The position numbers and the translations under genes were made by a program. The notes below the pieces were generated by a model. It saw nothing but the letters and a program-made list of their open reading frames with translations. It was not told where the DNA came from and did not search any database. This document shows positions 24,909 to 40,876 of a stretch of DNA of 64,000 bases, piece after piece. Source of the DNA: Octopus vulgaris (Eukaryota); assembly GCA_951406725.2 (NCBI GenBank), contig OX597837.1, forward strand, positions 34,968,001 to 35,032,000. Reading direction: 5' to 3'. The number at the start of each line of letters is the position of its first letter. Within the stretch, counting starts at the first letter, position 1.

Positions 24909-26076
24909 AGTAAATGAGATATTATTATTCTCATTATGAGGGATGGTGTGATTGAGTTGGGAAAATCCAAACAAGCTTGATCAGATGTTACACCCTTCTG
25001 TGTAAATACATTAGAAAGTAGTATTACTCTTGACTCATCTCTTGTGTCCATTTCTAATTTACCATCATTTCTCCATGTTGTAACTGTTCATCTACTTCTA
25101 AGCACACAAGACAAAGAGGTTACTCAGCTCGCTAGAAATCACAGTTAAATCATAGTCAATCGTATTTAAAAACCATATCTAAGGTAACATTGCATAGCAT
25201 ACTTTTAGACAGATATATGATGGAAAACAATCACCAAAAACTGGGAAGTCATAAGTGGACAGCTTTTGATCACAGGCCTGCAATAACAAAGGTGGTCTCT
25301 ACAGGGTCGCTCAACTTGTAAGAAATAGTAGCCATATGATCTTCAAACTACACAGTAATCTCTTAAAAAGGACACTCTGGACAATGTAGTCCATAATAAA
25401 TAAAAACATGAGGGTGATAGACAGAACACCTTTTAATCATAGATCTACACAACCATAGTGGGCCTGGGCTAAACAACAACTACTAAATAGTACAGGTGCT
25501 TCTCTGTTAATTCTCTATTTATTCCATCTAAAGCTGGCTTAGTGTTTTAATTAATTTGCTTTTTCTTAATTACAGTAGCTTAATAGTTTTGTCTCTATTG
25601 TCTAATCCTACACTCCTCCATTTGACAACACAATTGAATCTAGTTTTTAGTACCAATCCACTCCAATTGGATGTTATCTTGTGTTGGGTTTGTAACATAT
25701 TTTTAGGTGTTTGATTTGGATGCTTTACTATTCAGGCTCTGTTCCAGAATGGGCTGATCTGAGTGGGAAGAGTGGAGTGCTCAAGAACTTGCAGCAAGCA
25801 CAACAACAACAGCAATGAGCTAATTAGGAAGCCTCTACACAGTCGCTCGATTTGTTTAAAATAATAGTCAAGTCACCCTTAAATTAAAGCCAGCTCTATT
25901 AGAAAAAATAAGAACACATTGGCTAATACTGGGGAAATACAAAACAAAAGACGGAATCTTCATGGATGAAACACTTTGGATTATAGGTCTGATTGATCAG
26001 AACAAATCAGGGGTTAAATAACAAAATATTCACATAGTTCTATATTTAAGAGATGAGGAATTATGTACATTATTTA

Positions 26077-26386
26077 CATTATTTACATTTGATGGATATT
26101 TGTCCTCATCTTGTTTGTTGTTAACACAACGTTTCAGCTGATATACCCTCCAGCCTTCATGGCATATGGCATAGTGGTTAAGAGTGTGGGCTACTAACCC
26201 CAAGATTCCAAGTTTGACCTGAATAAGAATAATAATAATAATAATGTCGAACAATACCTTAGGAATGAGAACCGAGGTCTGAAATTTCCCCAAGACACCT
26301 GATGAAGGCTGGAGGGTATATTAGCCAAAACGTTGTGTTTATCAACAAACAAGATGAGAACAAATATCCATCAAATGTAAATAATG
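26077..26386. mobile_element. Fold-back element: HHR-bearing arms (26077-26160 and 26302-26386) flanking a tRNA-like head and an (AAT)n tract
   Basis: The arms are reverse complements. An A-box TGGCATAGTGG lies at 26167-26177. The HHR at 26295-26338 reads ACAC-CTGATGA-AGGCTG..TAGCC-AAAAC-GTT-GTGT. Confidence 0.8.
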
Positions 26387-27150
26387 AAAATATTTACAGA
26401 CAAAAAAAATGAAAAGAAAAAAAGGTGTAAAATTGCAAATACCTTCTAAGCACCAAGAGGAACTTCTACGGGTTGTTTTAAGGAACTTTTAAATACCAAT
26501 TTAAAAGAACATTCGAAAGTTATTTAGCTCCAGTTCAATGAGGAGAAAGAACATGAGAGAGAAATCTTTACATGAGTTGCATGTTGCTACACTTTAGGTA
26601 ACCACTCAACTTGGTGGCATGGTACCTATTCGTAAATAGAAAAGTGAATGGCAGCCCCAAAGATCAAGCAAAATTAGTAAGTCTGTACATACAAAAAAAA
26701 AAAATCTCAGTGGATCATTGTCACTTTAATACCCCTTTTTCTATGCTCACAGGAGGGAATTTGTTGAGATGAATTTTCTACAGCCAGGTGACTTCTTTTT
26801 GTTGCCAACACTGACCAGTTTCCAAGTAACAAAATATTTACTCATGGCCAGAGTGACACTTGTTTACAACTATCACGCGCTGTCAAGGCAAGGAGACAGT
26901 AACACACACACACACTCACACACACATATAAAAGCTTCCTTCAACCAAATCCACTCACAAGGCTTTGGTTAGCCTAGAGTTTTATAGTTGAAGATACTTT
27001 CCCAAGTAGCACTGAACCTGGACCTATGTGGTTTAGAAGCAAACTTCTTACCACACAGCCACACCTGCAAATAAATATTTTATTGGACAGCATGTTGCTG
27101 TATTTTAGGTAATCGCCCATCCAGGTGGTTTGGTACCTATTCTCAAACAG

Positions 27151-27540
27151 ATGGATGGAAGCACTCCGTCGGTTACGACCACGAGGGTTCCGGTTGATCC
27201 GAATCAACGGAACAGCCTGCTCGTGAAATTAACGTGTAAGTGGCTGAGCACTCCACAGACACGTGTACCCTTAACGTAGTTCTCGGGGATATTCAGCGTG
27301 ACACAGAGAGTGACAAGGCCGGCCCTTTGAAATACAGGTACAACAGAAACAGGAAGTAAGAGTGAGAGAAAGTTGTGGTGAAAGAGTACAGCAGGGATCA
27401 CCACCATCCCCTGCCAGAGCCTCGTGGATCTTTAGGTGTTTTCGCTCAATAAACACTCACAACGCCCGGTCTGGGAATCGAAACCGCGATCCTATGACCG
27501 CGAGTCCGCTGCCCTAACCACTGGGCCATTGCGCCTCCAC
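27151..27540 (-). mobile_element. Young full-length 390-bp tRNA-derived SINE (family C head GTGGAGGCGCAATGGCCCAGTGG)
   Basis: A-box TGGCCCAGTGG and B-box GTTTCGATTCC. CpGs are intact. Perfect 11-bp TSD TTCTCAAACAG at 27140-27150 and 27541-27551. Confidence 0.92.
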
Positions 27541-28062
27541 TTCTCAAACAGGTAAGTGAATGGAAGCCACATAGACATAGTAAAATGCTCCAGTGGATAT
27601 GAAGAGATAAATCTTTTAATACAGACCAAGTAAAATCTCAAGTTTTGTAAATACAATTAAACATATATAAGCAGATATGAATTCATGACCTTTGAACTCT
27701 TAATCCAATACTTTATTCACTTACACCGCCGCTCCCCCATCCCAACCTTATCCCAGGTGACTTGTCTTTATACAAAAGAAGCATTAAAAGTGGGTTAATC
27801 TCCAACCCAATACTATGACCCAATCAATCTCACTTGGTATCAGATGGCATTTAACATTCTGAATACTTCCATATGCACAGAAATCTTTGGATTAAAATGA
27901 GTCTTTTTTTTTTATAGATTTTTTTAGAATTTACATGCATTCATTTCTCATGTCAATATTTTCAAGGTTTCTATCCATTTCAATTATGAGTCTATTTATT
28001 TATTCTTTAGTCCTATTGTTCCATTAGTCTTTTAATATCATCACACACATCTGTTCTTTCTC

Positions 28063-28163
<101 letters not shown>

Positions 28164-28215
28164 ACACACACACACACACATACACACACACATACACACT
28201 ACCCTTGATATTTAA

Positions 28216-28434
28216 CCCTTTAGTGTTCAGATTATTCTATCAAACACAATGCTTATTGATTCACGTTGATTTGAATTAATCATGAATTATCTCATATCTT
28301 CAAGATCTTGATGGTGTAATTACCTAATGTAGAATAACATTGTAGGGTAGGTGTGAGAGCCTGGATCTGGTCAGTTTGAACATAAAACAGATTAAATATT
28401 TTGGCCGGATATGGCCGGTTTAAATACTAAAGGG
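28216..28434. mobile_element. piggyBac-type MITE
   Basis: TTAA-CCCTTTAGT(G/A)TT ... AATACTAAAGGG-TTAA. Confidence 0.8.
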
Positions 28435-29264
28435 TTAAATATATGCAAACTCTTCATATTTCTATCCTCCTCCAGCTTCCTATCCCAGCCAACCATTCAC
28501 TCACCCACCAAATTCATCATCCACATCACCACCACATACATCCTGATATGGATAAAAAGACAGAACGGCTTTGTCTTAAGAACATAGGGTTCCTGAAGCA
28601 CTTCAGCTTAGGTAGCCCTACCACTACCACCACCACCACCACCTCATCATTGTCGTTTAATTGCCACTTTCCATGCTGGCATGGGTTGGACGGTTTGACT
28701 GAGAACTGGTAAGCCAGGAGGCTGCACCAGGTCCCAATCTAATTTGGCGAAGTTTCCACAGCTAGATTCCTAATGCCAACCACTCCAAGAGTGTGGTTGG
28801 TGCTTTTTACCTGCTACCAGCACAGGTGCCACTCAGGCAGCACTGGCATCAGCCACACTTGAATGGTACTTTTTATGTGCCACAAGCATAGGTGCCAATC
28901 AGGTGGCACTAGCATTGGCCACGCTCGATTGGTGCCTTTTCATGACACTAGCACTGGCATCAGCCACAGTATCAATTTCACTCATTTCAACAAGTCTTCA
29001 CAAGCATGCATGGCATATCACCCAACAATTGGAGGGTGCTTTTAAATGGGACAGTTATGCGATACTGGCATTGGCCATGACTATGATCTCACTTGGCTTT
29101 ACATATCAATAAATCAATGGTTGGACAATTTGACAGGGGGGGGGGGAAGACAAGGCCATGAGCTGCACCAGGTTCCATAATCTGTTTTGACTTGGTTTCT
29201 ACAGCTAGGTGACCTTCCTTCCGCCAACCACTTTACAGAGTGTACTGGATGCATTTTACATGAT

Positions 29265-29545
29265 CCCATCACCAGTGCTCTTTACATGGTACCATAACCA
29301 GGGCTTTTATATGAGGCACAATCACCAATGCTTTTTACATGGCACCATCATCAGTGCTTTTTACATGGCACCATCACAAGGGCTTTTATATGTGGCACAA
29401 TCACCAATGCTTTTTACGTGGCACCATCATCAGTGCTTTTTACGTGACACCATCACCTGTACTTTTTACATGGTACCATCACCAGGGTTTTTGTCTGTGG
29501 CACCATCACCAGTGCTTTCTACATGGCACGGTCACCAGTGCTTTT
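29265..29545. repeat. ~23-bp minisatellite expanded inside an RTE-tail element
   Basis: CACCATCACCAGTGCTTTTTACATGG recurs many times. Confidence 0.85.
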
Positions 29546-30291
29546 TGGGTGTTAGGGGAAGAAATGTAAGAATGTGGCAGGGGGGGAATGTAAATGGAAT
29601 TGACTACACATACAAAGGTTAAAGGAAAAAAATCTTGGTTATACATATATGTAAATAGATAAATGTTATATGGAAATATATGTAAATACATAGTGTTACA
29701 CAGAGAAACTAACTGATGATAGGCCAGCAAAAGAGATTTTAGCAAATGTTAGGAAAGTTTTGGCCCAAATATACTAGATCAAGAAAAGCATATTCAATAA
29801 TATATCAACATCATCATCATCATCACTGTTTAATGTCTGCCTTCCATGCTGGCATGGGTGGGACAGTTTGGCAGGAGCCAGATGGGTAGAAGCCTGCACC
29901 AGGATTTTTACAACTGGATGCCCTAGCTAACACCAACCATCCAGCAGAGTGGACTTAGTGGTTTTTACGTGGCACAAGCACAGGCAAGGTCAGTTTATAG
30001 TCCAGTTACTCCAATACATCCAATATTTTCATTTTCATTTCATGTCAACAAGAATCCAATCTCGACTACGAGTTCAATTTTCCGATTGTGTTAATTAGTT
30101 GTCAAGACATGTATGTTGGTGTTCAGGTGTTTGCCATGTGATCATAAGGTTGTGGGTTCATTTCCTGGATTGAGCAAGGCATTTCACTTCATACCACTTA
30201 AGTCTGCACAGCTGCAATTGATGACTTGATGACCTATAGGTCACACTATAAAGTGATTAGCTAATGAAGAGGAGTTGTAGGTTATTGAGGA

Positions 30292-30337
<46 letters not shown>

Positions 30338-30446
30338 TGAAACAGTTCTAGTCCTGTAGAAGCTCCTTCTATAAAATAAATAAATTTACTCTGCCATGTA
30401 TTGAGTACCTTATTTACTGTGGTTAACCCCGACTCAACCCGGGACC

Positions 30447-30533
<87 letters not shown>

Positions 30534-30819
30534 GAGAAAGGTTGAGTTTAATTTTATCCTTTTTACTTTGGGGTGGGGTCCAAAGTTAGATTTCTAATAA
30601 AGATTCTTCATATCAAATCTGTAGCTTACTATTGCAAGTATTTATTTAAAATATGAAAATTTTACAAGCATAAAGGTGTATTATGATCATTTATAGAACA
30701 CAGTCCTAAAAACTTTTAACATCTTCTCTTCTCCATCTTTAATTGTTTGTTGAGTTTAAATAAGACTGTTCTATAAATGCTCATAATACAATGTATGTAT
30801 GTATGTATGTATGTATGTA

Positions 30820-30920
<101 letters not shown>

Positions 30921-31989
30921 TGTAATGTATGTATTTATATGCACACACACATACATGCATATACATATGCATGCATACACAAACACACACATATGTATAT
31001 GCATGTGTCTGTGTGTCAACATTTGTGCTTCTTCGAAAATTGCTGAGCTACAAGCAGTGACATTGTCGTCATCACTTATCAACAAATCATTCACCGACAT
31101 TGAACCTATGAAGGAAATGTGGAATAAAAGATCCATTATCTGAGAAACAGGTAAGGGTTAACAACAGGAAAAGCATCTGGTAGTAGAACAATGCCTCAAT
31201 AATATACTCATCTAACTCATGCTATCATGAAAAAAAAAAAGAAAACAGACGTAAAAAAACAAAAAAACAAATGGACAAATAAAGAAATTTCTAGATAACA
31301 CAGACACCAAATTATGCTAGTTAGTTGGCAGTTCGGCCTAAGGTGAGCTCTGAATGAGTAAACCTACAGTCAAAGGTAACTGTGACCTTTACATTTTTCA
31401 TTTCAAGTAGCAAGCCAATGAGTGAGTGAAGTAGACCTGGGAAAGTATGAATGAATGGAAACAGGTTTGTAGAAGAAGCAATGAAGTAATGACTGCTGTG
31501 GTTTTCTTTCTCTTGTTTCTTTTTTCTTTTTTGTTGAGTTAATATTTACTTCACTGGTATGTTATGACCTCAAACCCCACAGATAAAACCAAGTTCCGGT
31601 TGAACGAAGAAGTTGGTATGACTAACTGTAACCTTCTTCCCACAAAATTGATTGTGTCCACACACACAGTGATATAATTTATTTACAAAGCTTATGATAT
31701 TCTGAGATGTACTATTAGTTTTATAGATAGGGATTTATCTCCCTTGCCCGGACATTGTTAACAGTGAATGACAGACTGTGGAAAGATCTAAACAGTGGTC
31801 TCCTGGAATGCATGGGGAAGATTCTCTGATCTAAGGTTTCCCATGCTATAGAACTCAGAACTCAGATGTTGATATGCGTCATTCATTGTCATATCCCTTC
31901 TTCTACAGACAATATTACCTGGATAGCAATCTAGTTGGTCATTACTCATTGATGCGAATCCACTCCTATTAGCTAAGAAGACATTTCAC

Positions 31990-32240
31990 TATGTGTGTGT
32001 ATGTGTACACAAGCGCGCACGTGTGTGTGTGTGTCTGAGTGTATGAGTGTGTGTCTGAGTGTGTGTGTGTGTGTATGTGTACACAAGCGTGCACGTGTGT
32101 GTGTGTGTGTGAGTGTGTGTGTGTATGTGTACACAAGCGCGCACATGTGTGTGTGTGTGTCTGAGTGTGTGTGTGTATGTGTACACAAGCGCGCACGTGT
32201 GTGTGTGTGTATGTGTACACAAGCGCGCACATGAGTGTGT
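31990..32240. repeat. (TG)n-embedded minisatellite, GTATGTGTACACAAGCGCGCAC repeated 5 times
   Basis: Direct reading. Confidence 0.9.
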
Positions 32241-32255
32241 GTGTGCATCTGAGTG

Positions 32256-32290
<35 letters not shown>

Positions 32291-32943
32291 GTGTTTGTGT
32301 GTGTGCAGTAAGATTTTGTTTCCTTCATGTTTCACAAATGCAGGAATGGATTTCATTATTACACTCAGCCAGTGGGATAGGTAGGAGGTAATCAGAGGTA
32401 GATGGCGGGGGTAGTCAGAAGTAGGTGGGAGGTGATCGGAGGTAGGTAGGTAGATAGGTGGTGGTGGTCAGTGATAGATGGGATGGGGTGAGAAGCAGGT
32501 AGGAGGTGATCAGAAGTATGTGGGAAGAGGTCAGCAGTACATGGGAGGTGGTCTGGGGTTCACAGGAGAGAATGTAGTACATGTTGAACAAAGTGGTCAA
32601 AGGTAGATATGGGGACAGTGGTTACAGATGAGGAATGGGTGCCAATAGGAAGTGGCTCAAAGGAGACAGGGAAGGACAAGTAGAAGCACTGAAAGGTTAA
32701 AGATGGAATAGTTTTATAGCTAGCTGATTCTTCTGGAATTCTCGGTACTCAAAAGCAGAAACGTGAGCAGTGACATCTATATCAGAAATGAAGGGAGACA
32801 CAAACAACCAGGAGTGAAAATTATATGAGACAGAGCTCACATCTTTGAGAAGAAAAACACAAAATCTATAAATAGAAGGTTCGATTTATTAGGTGGATAT
32901 TTCTAAGCATTTTCGGATGTGTGTGTGCGTGTGAGTGTGTGTG

Positions 32944-32996
<53 letters not shown>

Positions 32997-33011
32997 ATGT
33001 GTGTGTGTGTG

Positions 33012-33046
<35 letters not shown>

Positions 33047-33364
33047 ATGTGTGTGTGTGTGTAGAAAGCTTAAATAGAAGTTTCTGTCTCTCTCCAATAG
33101 TGCAAAAACATTCAACAGAATGGAAGAAGAATAAATGAATAAAATTTTTTTTTTTTTAAACGTATATATAGGAGATAGTACAAAATTCCCAGTAAAGAAC
33201 TCTTTGATGTCGGCGATAGAACAACAAGTGACTCCATAGTGAAATGGGCAATTTACAAACAAAAAAAATGAGTAAGCTCGCAGACGAGATGGAAACAGAT
33301 TGATGCGTAAAGGTGTGGAATGTCTGCAGGAAGATTCTGGAAATGTGTGGGTATGTGTGTGTGT

Positions 33365-33411
<47 letters not shown>

Positions 33412-33589
33412 GAGAGAATAAAATTCATAAAAATAAAAGACAATATAAAGAAAAACAAAATTAAGAGGCGATATATATTTATATAATACATACATAAAAA
33501 TATATATCATATATACACACATGTAAACATGTACAATAATATACAGATATATATACTCACGTATAAACATACATATATACATACATGGA

Positions 33590-33633
<44 letters not shown>

Positions 33634-33648
33634 TACACATACATACAT

Positions 33649-33701
<53 letters not shown>

Positions 33702-34986
33702 ATCAGTATTTTCTTAGTGAGAAAAAAAATGAGCACATAACTATATGACACTAGGGAAGCAGTATAAGATAGTTTATTGCTGATAATACTGACAAACGAT
33801 AACACATGATTCCAGGTTTCATGTACAGCTGATCAATTTATGCTCATCAGATGTGAAAGTTTTGCATTTAGGTCAAACACAGCAAAGATGTGCTTGCTAA
33901 GAAATTTCTCCTTGCAAAATTTTTTCAGCAAAGTCTGTTTGTATTTTTTTTTTGTTGAAGAAATGAATTAATATTAAATGGACCAGTTCTCAGGTTTCGC
34001 CTGTGATTTCAAAAGGGTAATATAAAAGGAGAAAAAAGGGACTCTCTACACCCCTTTTTTGACCAGGCTCCCATTGGCTTTTATAGGGTTTTTTCCCACC
34101 AGGAACCTTTCGTAACGCCTCCCCCTTTTGGGAGTTTTTCATTGTTTTATAATTATTGTTATACAGTTTTTACTCGGATTTTTTAACAAACGGACAAAAC
34201 CCTTTGTAACCATTCGTCCTGTCTTGTCCCTTCATGTTTCAAATCATGCGTGTCAGCCCTTGTGGCCAATAAAAAAGAATTAACTATTATTATTATCATT
34301 ATCATTATTATTATCATTATTATTATTAAGAGTCAACAGTGTACAAGCAGTATTTCATGGTTAAGGACTGAGATATTTCTCTGATAACAGGAAAGACCAG
34401 AGACGAATTCAAATGCCAAGTAACAGAAAAGAGGTGAGAAGACAGAAAGTTTTAAGTGTAGAGAGAGGGAAGAGAGAACTGTAGATGAAAATAGAGAAAA
34501 TGGACGGAGTAAGTGAAGCAGGTCCACTCTCCATCTTTCTCTTCATGTCTTTTGTTTACTTTCATATAAAATTTTGTGCACAGAACATTTGTAAATGCCA
34601 TATTTCTGTGCTCCACCTACAACAATAACTTGAACATCTGATGAGTATCGGTCTATTTATTTAGACTCAGAGTCAGGTATAAACATTATTTATTAATATG
34701 ATAATCATTAAATATATATGTATGTTATATATGTGTGTGTATGCACAAGTAAGTGTATACGTGTGAGTTCTGAAGTACAAATTTTCTTTATTCAGCTGCA
34801 ATATTCTTTAGTGACACGTGTTTTCTTATAGGTGCCGTTGTAAGATATATTTTCTTTCACCCCTAGACACCTGCAACATTCCTATTCAGATACAGGGGAA
34901 ACAGAAAAAATCACTGATGGAGATGTTACTTGTCTGGTTTTATAGTTTTCCCATTTTTCACAACCATATAACTATTTGTATGTATG

Positions 34987-35019
<33 letters not shown>

Positions 35020-35254
35020 TTATATGTGTGTGTGTGTATGTATGTATGAATATATGTATGCTTGTGTGTATATATATATGTGTGTGCGTGTGTATGTATG
35101 TATATATATGTATGTATGTGTGTATATGTATATATATATATATATACACATATATGTACATATAAATATGTGCGTATGTATGTATATATGTATGTGTGTG
35201 TGTATATATATATACACATATATGTACATATAAAGATGTGCGAATGTATGTATG

Positions 35255-35317
<63 letters not shown>

Positions 35318-35344
35318 GATATGTGATAATTATTCGGTAGCCAT

Positions 35345-35405
35345 GATAAAACTCCGAGTTTTGGATGTCGGGGTGGAAACCCATGCCACCATCTCTTCAG
35401 TTATC
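35345..35405 (-). ncRNA. Type I hammerhead-like motif between (TA)n tracts, with GAAA decayed to AAAA
   Basis: Minus strand reads GATAA-CTGAAGA-GATG...CATC-C-AAAA-CTCGGAG-TT-TTATC. Stem I GATAA/TTATC, stem III ACTC/GAGT, GUU triplet. Confidence 0.55.
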
Positions 35406-36050
35406 AGGCCATCCCGATATATTATATATATATATATAGGAAAAAGCACCCACTACACTCTCAGAGTGGTTGGCGTTAGGAAGGGCATACAGCTGTAGAA
35501 ACTCTGCCAGATCAAGACTGGAGCCTGGTGCAGCCATCTGGTTCACCAGCCCTCAGTCAAACCATCCAACCCATGCTAGCATGGAAAGCGGACATAAAAC
35601 GATGACGATGATGATATATATATATATATATATACATCAAAGCAGAAAACTGGGACAAACATCACATAGCTTTCTATTTGAAATTCTATTAACTCTGCTG
35701 CCATTTCACTATATTAAAAAACTATAAATACAAGCTGTAAAATGCTAATTTATTGCATGGAACTATTATTTTGATGTTCGACTGGCACAATATCTACAGC
35801 ATTTCAAGGTCAATGGAGACACAAAGTGTGAAAATATTAATCACTTATACCACGACTAGAGGAGTACAATACAGATATCATAGAATATAAAGGCAGATAT
35901 TGAAGTGAAAGACATTACGCAGAGAGCACTGTGCATTTGTCTTTTGACTGTGTGTGTATGTACATCTTGTATGTGTTTCCTTCTTGTGATTAAACTATCT
36001 TTAAGAGAATTATATTTGAGAGTATAAAATAGTAATCTTACCTATCTACC

Positions 36051-36092
<42 letters not shown>

Positions 36093-36095
36093 TTA

Positions 36096-36129
<34 letters not shown>

Positions 36130-36145
36130 TAAAAGATATATATAT

Positions 36146-36358
36146 CTTTTACTCTCTCTTTTACTTGTCTCAGTCATTTGACTGTAGCCATGTTGGAGCA
36201 CCGCCTTTAGTCAAGCAAATCGACCCGAGGACTTATTCTTTGTAAACCTAGTACTTTTTCTATCGATCACTTTTGCTGAACTGCTAAATTACAGGGACGC
36301 AAACACACCAGCATCGGTTGTCAAGTGATGTTGGGGAGACAAACATACACACACACAT

Positions 36359-36395
<37 letters not shown>

Positions 36396-36565
36396 CATAT
36401 ATACAACGGGCTTCTTTCAGTTTCCGTCTACCAAATCCACTCACAGGGCTTTGGTCGGCCCAAACTATAGTATAGGACACTTGTCCAAGGTACCACGCAG
36501 TGGGACTGAACCTGGAACCATATGGTTGGTAAGCAAGCTACTTACCACACAGCCACTCCTGCGCC
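36146..36565 (-). mobile_element. Full-length family B tRNA-derived CORE-like SINE with an internal (TA)/(CA) tract
   Basis: Minus head GGCGCAGGAGTGGCTGTGTGGTAAG...GGTTCAGTCCC, CORE-like GTGGTACCTTGGACAAGTG, tail GTAAAAGAG. Other copies lie at about 45.5-46.1, 46.8-47.8, 58.3-58.65, 59.8-59.96 and 62.3-62.6 kb. Confidence 0.85.
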
Positions 36566-36627
36566 TATATATATATATATATATAAAGAGAGAGAGAGAG
36601 ATAGATAGATACACATATATATATATA

Positions 36628-36856
36628 CAGGGTTGGCCAAAAGTCACCTGACAGTAAATCAAAACCATTTAATTCCAAGATTTATTAATGTTTAACAAAT
36701 GAGTGAATTTAATAAAAGCACCTAAATATTGAAACATCATGAAAATTGTTCAAACTGAAGTTCTTGAGCAACACATTTTTCCATTCAAGTCAATACAGAA
36801 TTACAAATAGTATTTATGGAATTTTGATTTAATATTGAGTGACTTTTGGCCAACCC

Positions 36857-36858
<2 letters not shown>
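36628..36858. mobile_element. Tc1/mariner-type MITE
   Basis: TA-CAGGGTTGGCCAAAAGTCAC ... GTGACTTTTGGCCAACCCTA-TA. Confidence 0.85.
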
Positions 36859-36910
<52 letters not shown>

Positions 36911-37129
36911 GTTAATCCAAACATGAACAAAGAGAAAAAACAACGTGAGGATGTGGAATAAGTACAGTGTTATTGGACACTCAGGAAAGGAAAGAAAGAA
37001 GTAGGATTTCATGTTTCGAGCGGAGCTCTTCGTCAGAGATATAGAGAAAGTCCAAAGAAGAGAAGACGGAGAAAGAAAATCGCCAACGATACACACGTGG
37101 TCGCATATATATATATATATATAAAAGGA

Positions 37130-37422
37130 CAAATAGCCTATTGGTTAGGGTGTTGCTCTCATGATTGTGAGATCATGGTTTCAATTTCTAGACTGAATGG
37201 TGCATTGTTTTCTCCAGTAAAATACTTCATCTCACTTTGCTCTGTGATCATTTTGACACCTGACGCGTGGTAAGCGATGCACCTGTTCAGGCAACATTAA
37301 TTTGATTGACGGAGTGAATTAATTGTACAACACATACATTTGATCACCATAAACAAATCATGTGTGCAGGTTGTTCGACAAAATGCTGAACACTCATGTG
37401 TTGTCTTTGACAGGTGAGTTCA
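37130..37422 (+). mobile_element. Old tRNA-derived SINE, family D
   Basis: Decayed A/B boxes. The body (ACATTTGATCAC.ATAAACAAATCAT) matches the minus-strand copy at 61020-61310. Confidence 0.6.
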
Positions 37423-37523
37423 TCACATCTATGTGTGTGTGTATGGATGGATGGATAGATAGGTAGGTAAGTAGGTAGGTAGGAAGGTAGGTAGGTAGGT
37501 AGGTAGATATGGAGGTAGGTAGG

Positions 37524-37578
<55 letters not shown>

Positions 37579-38174
37579 AGCATGTAAAGTCATCCTCCAC
37601 TACAGGTACCCAAGGACCAGTTGGTGATCCTTAGATGCCTTTAAAAGGACTCCACCCTATTGCAAGCATTCAAGCCAGGTCACCAGTTTCAGGATACTGT
37701 CCTACCTCAGTCCCAACAGTTTCAGAGGCCCTGAAAAGGGGTTATGAGTATTGCCCTTCTTTCCTGGCTAAACAATAAAAAGCAGAGTAAACAATACTCC
37801 TACTTCACCTTTTCATACAGCACATCCCTGACATATAGATATATATTTATATAAGTAAATATGCATATAAGTAAATGATAGAGGTGGAGAGAGAGGAGGG
37901 AGTGTTTTTTTTTGTTTGTTGTTGTGACTTTTTGTTTTTTTTCCTAATCATAAATAGGAATATTAGCAGAACTGGAAGAAAAGGAAGTCAACAAACTCTC
38001 ACATAGCAGAATGAAACATTAGAAAGTAGCAAATAATAATAATAATAATGATGATGACGATGATGATGATGATGATGATAAATTATTGTAAATGTGAACA
38101 AAGCAAGTTAATGGTGACTTGTCAATAGTTCTGAATGTGGACATGGCTACACATACATGCGTGTATGTGTTTGT

Positions 38175-40198
<2,024 letters not shown>

Positions 40199-40876
40199 AT
40201 ATAAGAAATAGTTTATATATATATCTGCTCGCTCTCTTTCTCTCTTCAATTTTCTATTGCCATTTATTTAGTGCTCTTCACATTTAGACTCGCTGCCATC
40301 CCTGCTTCCTTTCATATTTTCTTCTTTTGTCTACTACTACCACCACCACCACTACTTCCTTTCCTTCTTCTTTTTCTTCTTCTAAGTTGGTTTCTTTGTA
40401 GTTTGTCTTCTCGATTTATCTTTTAAAAGAAACTAAGTCTGACATTTCGCAAGAAAATATTCCCCAGCCAACATTTTTGTTAAGACAACAGAGCAGACAA
40501 TGACCACCATCATCACACATCATTACCATCAGCATCATCATCATGTCATTACTATCAGCATCACCAACATCACCACAACCATCACCACCACCACCACCAC
40601 CACCACCATAACTATCACTACAGCCATCACAGTCGCTGTTACCACAACCACTCTCACAACAACACCAAACATTTATTAATAATAATCCTTTCTACTATAG
40701 GCACAAGACTTGAAACTTTAGGGGTGGTGGCCAGTTGAGTACATTGACCCCAATGCATAACTGGTTCTTATTTCATCAACCCCGAAAGGGTGAACAGCAA
40801 AGTCAACCTCAGCGGAATTTGAACTCAGAACGCACAGACGGTTGAAATGTTGCTAAGTAAATATAACAAATAAGCT

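Noticed and set aside
27460-27540. tRNA gene
   Set aside because: The tRNA-like head runs straight into a SINE body and is bounded by TSDs. There is no proper acceptor stem.
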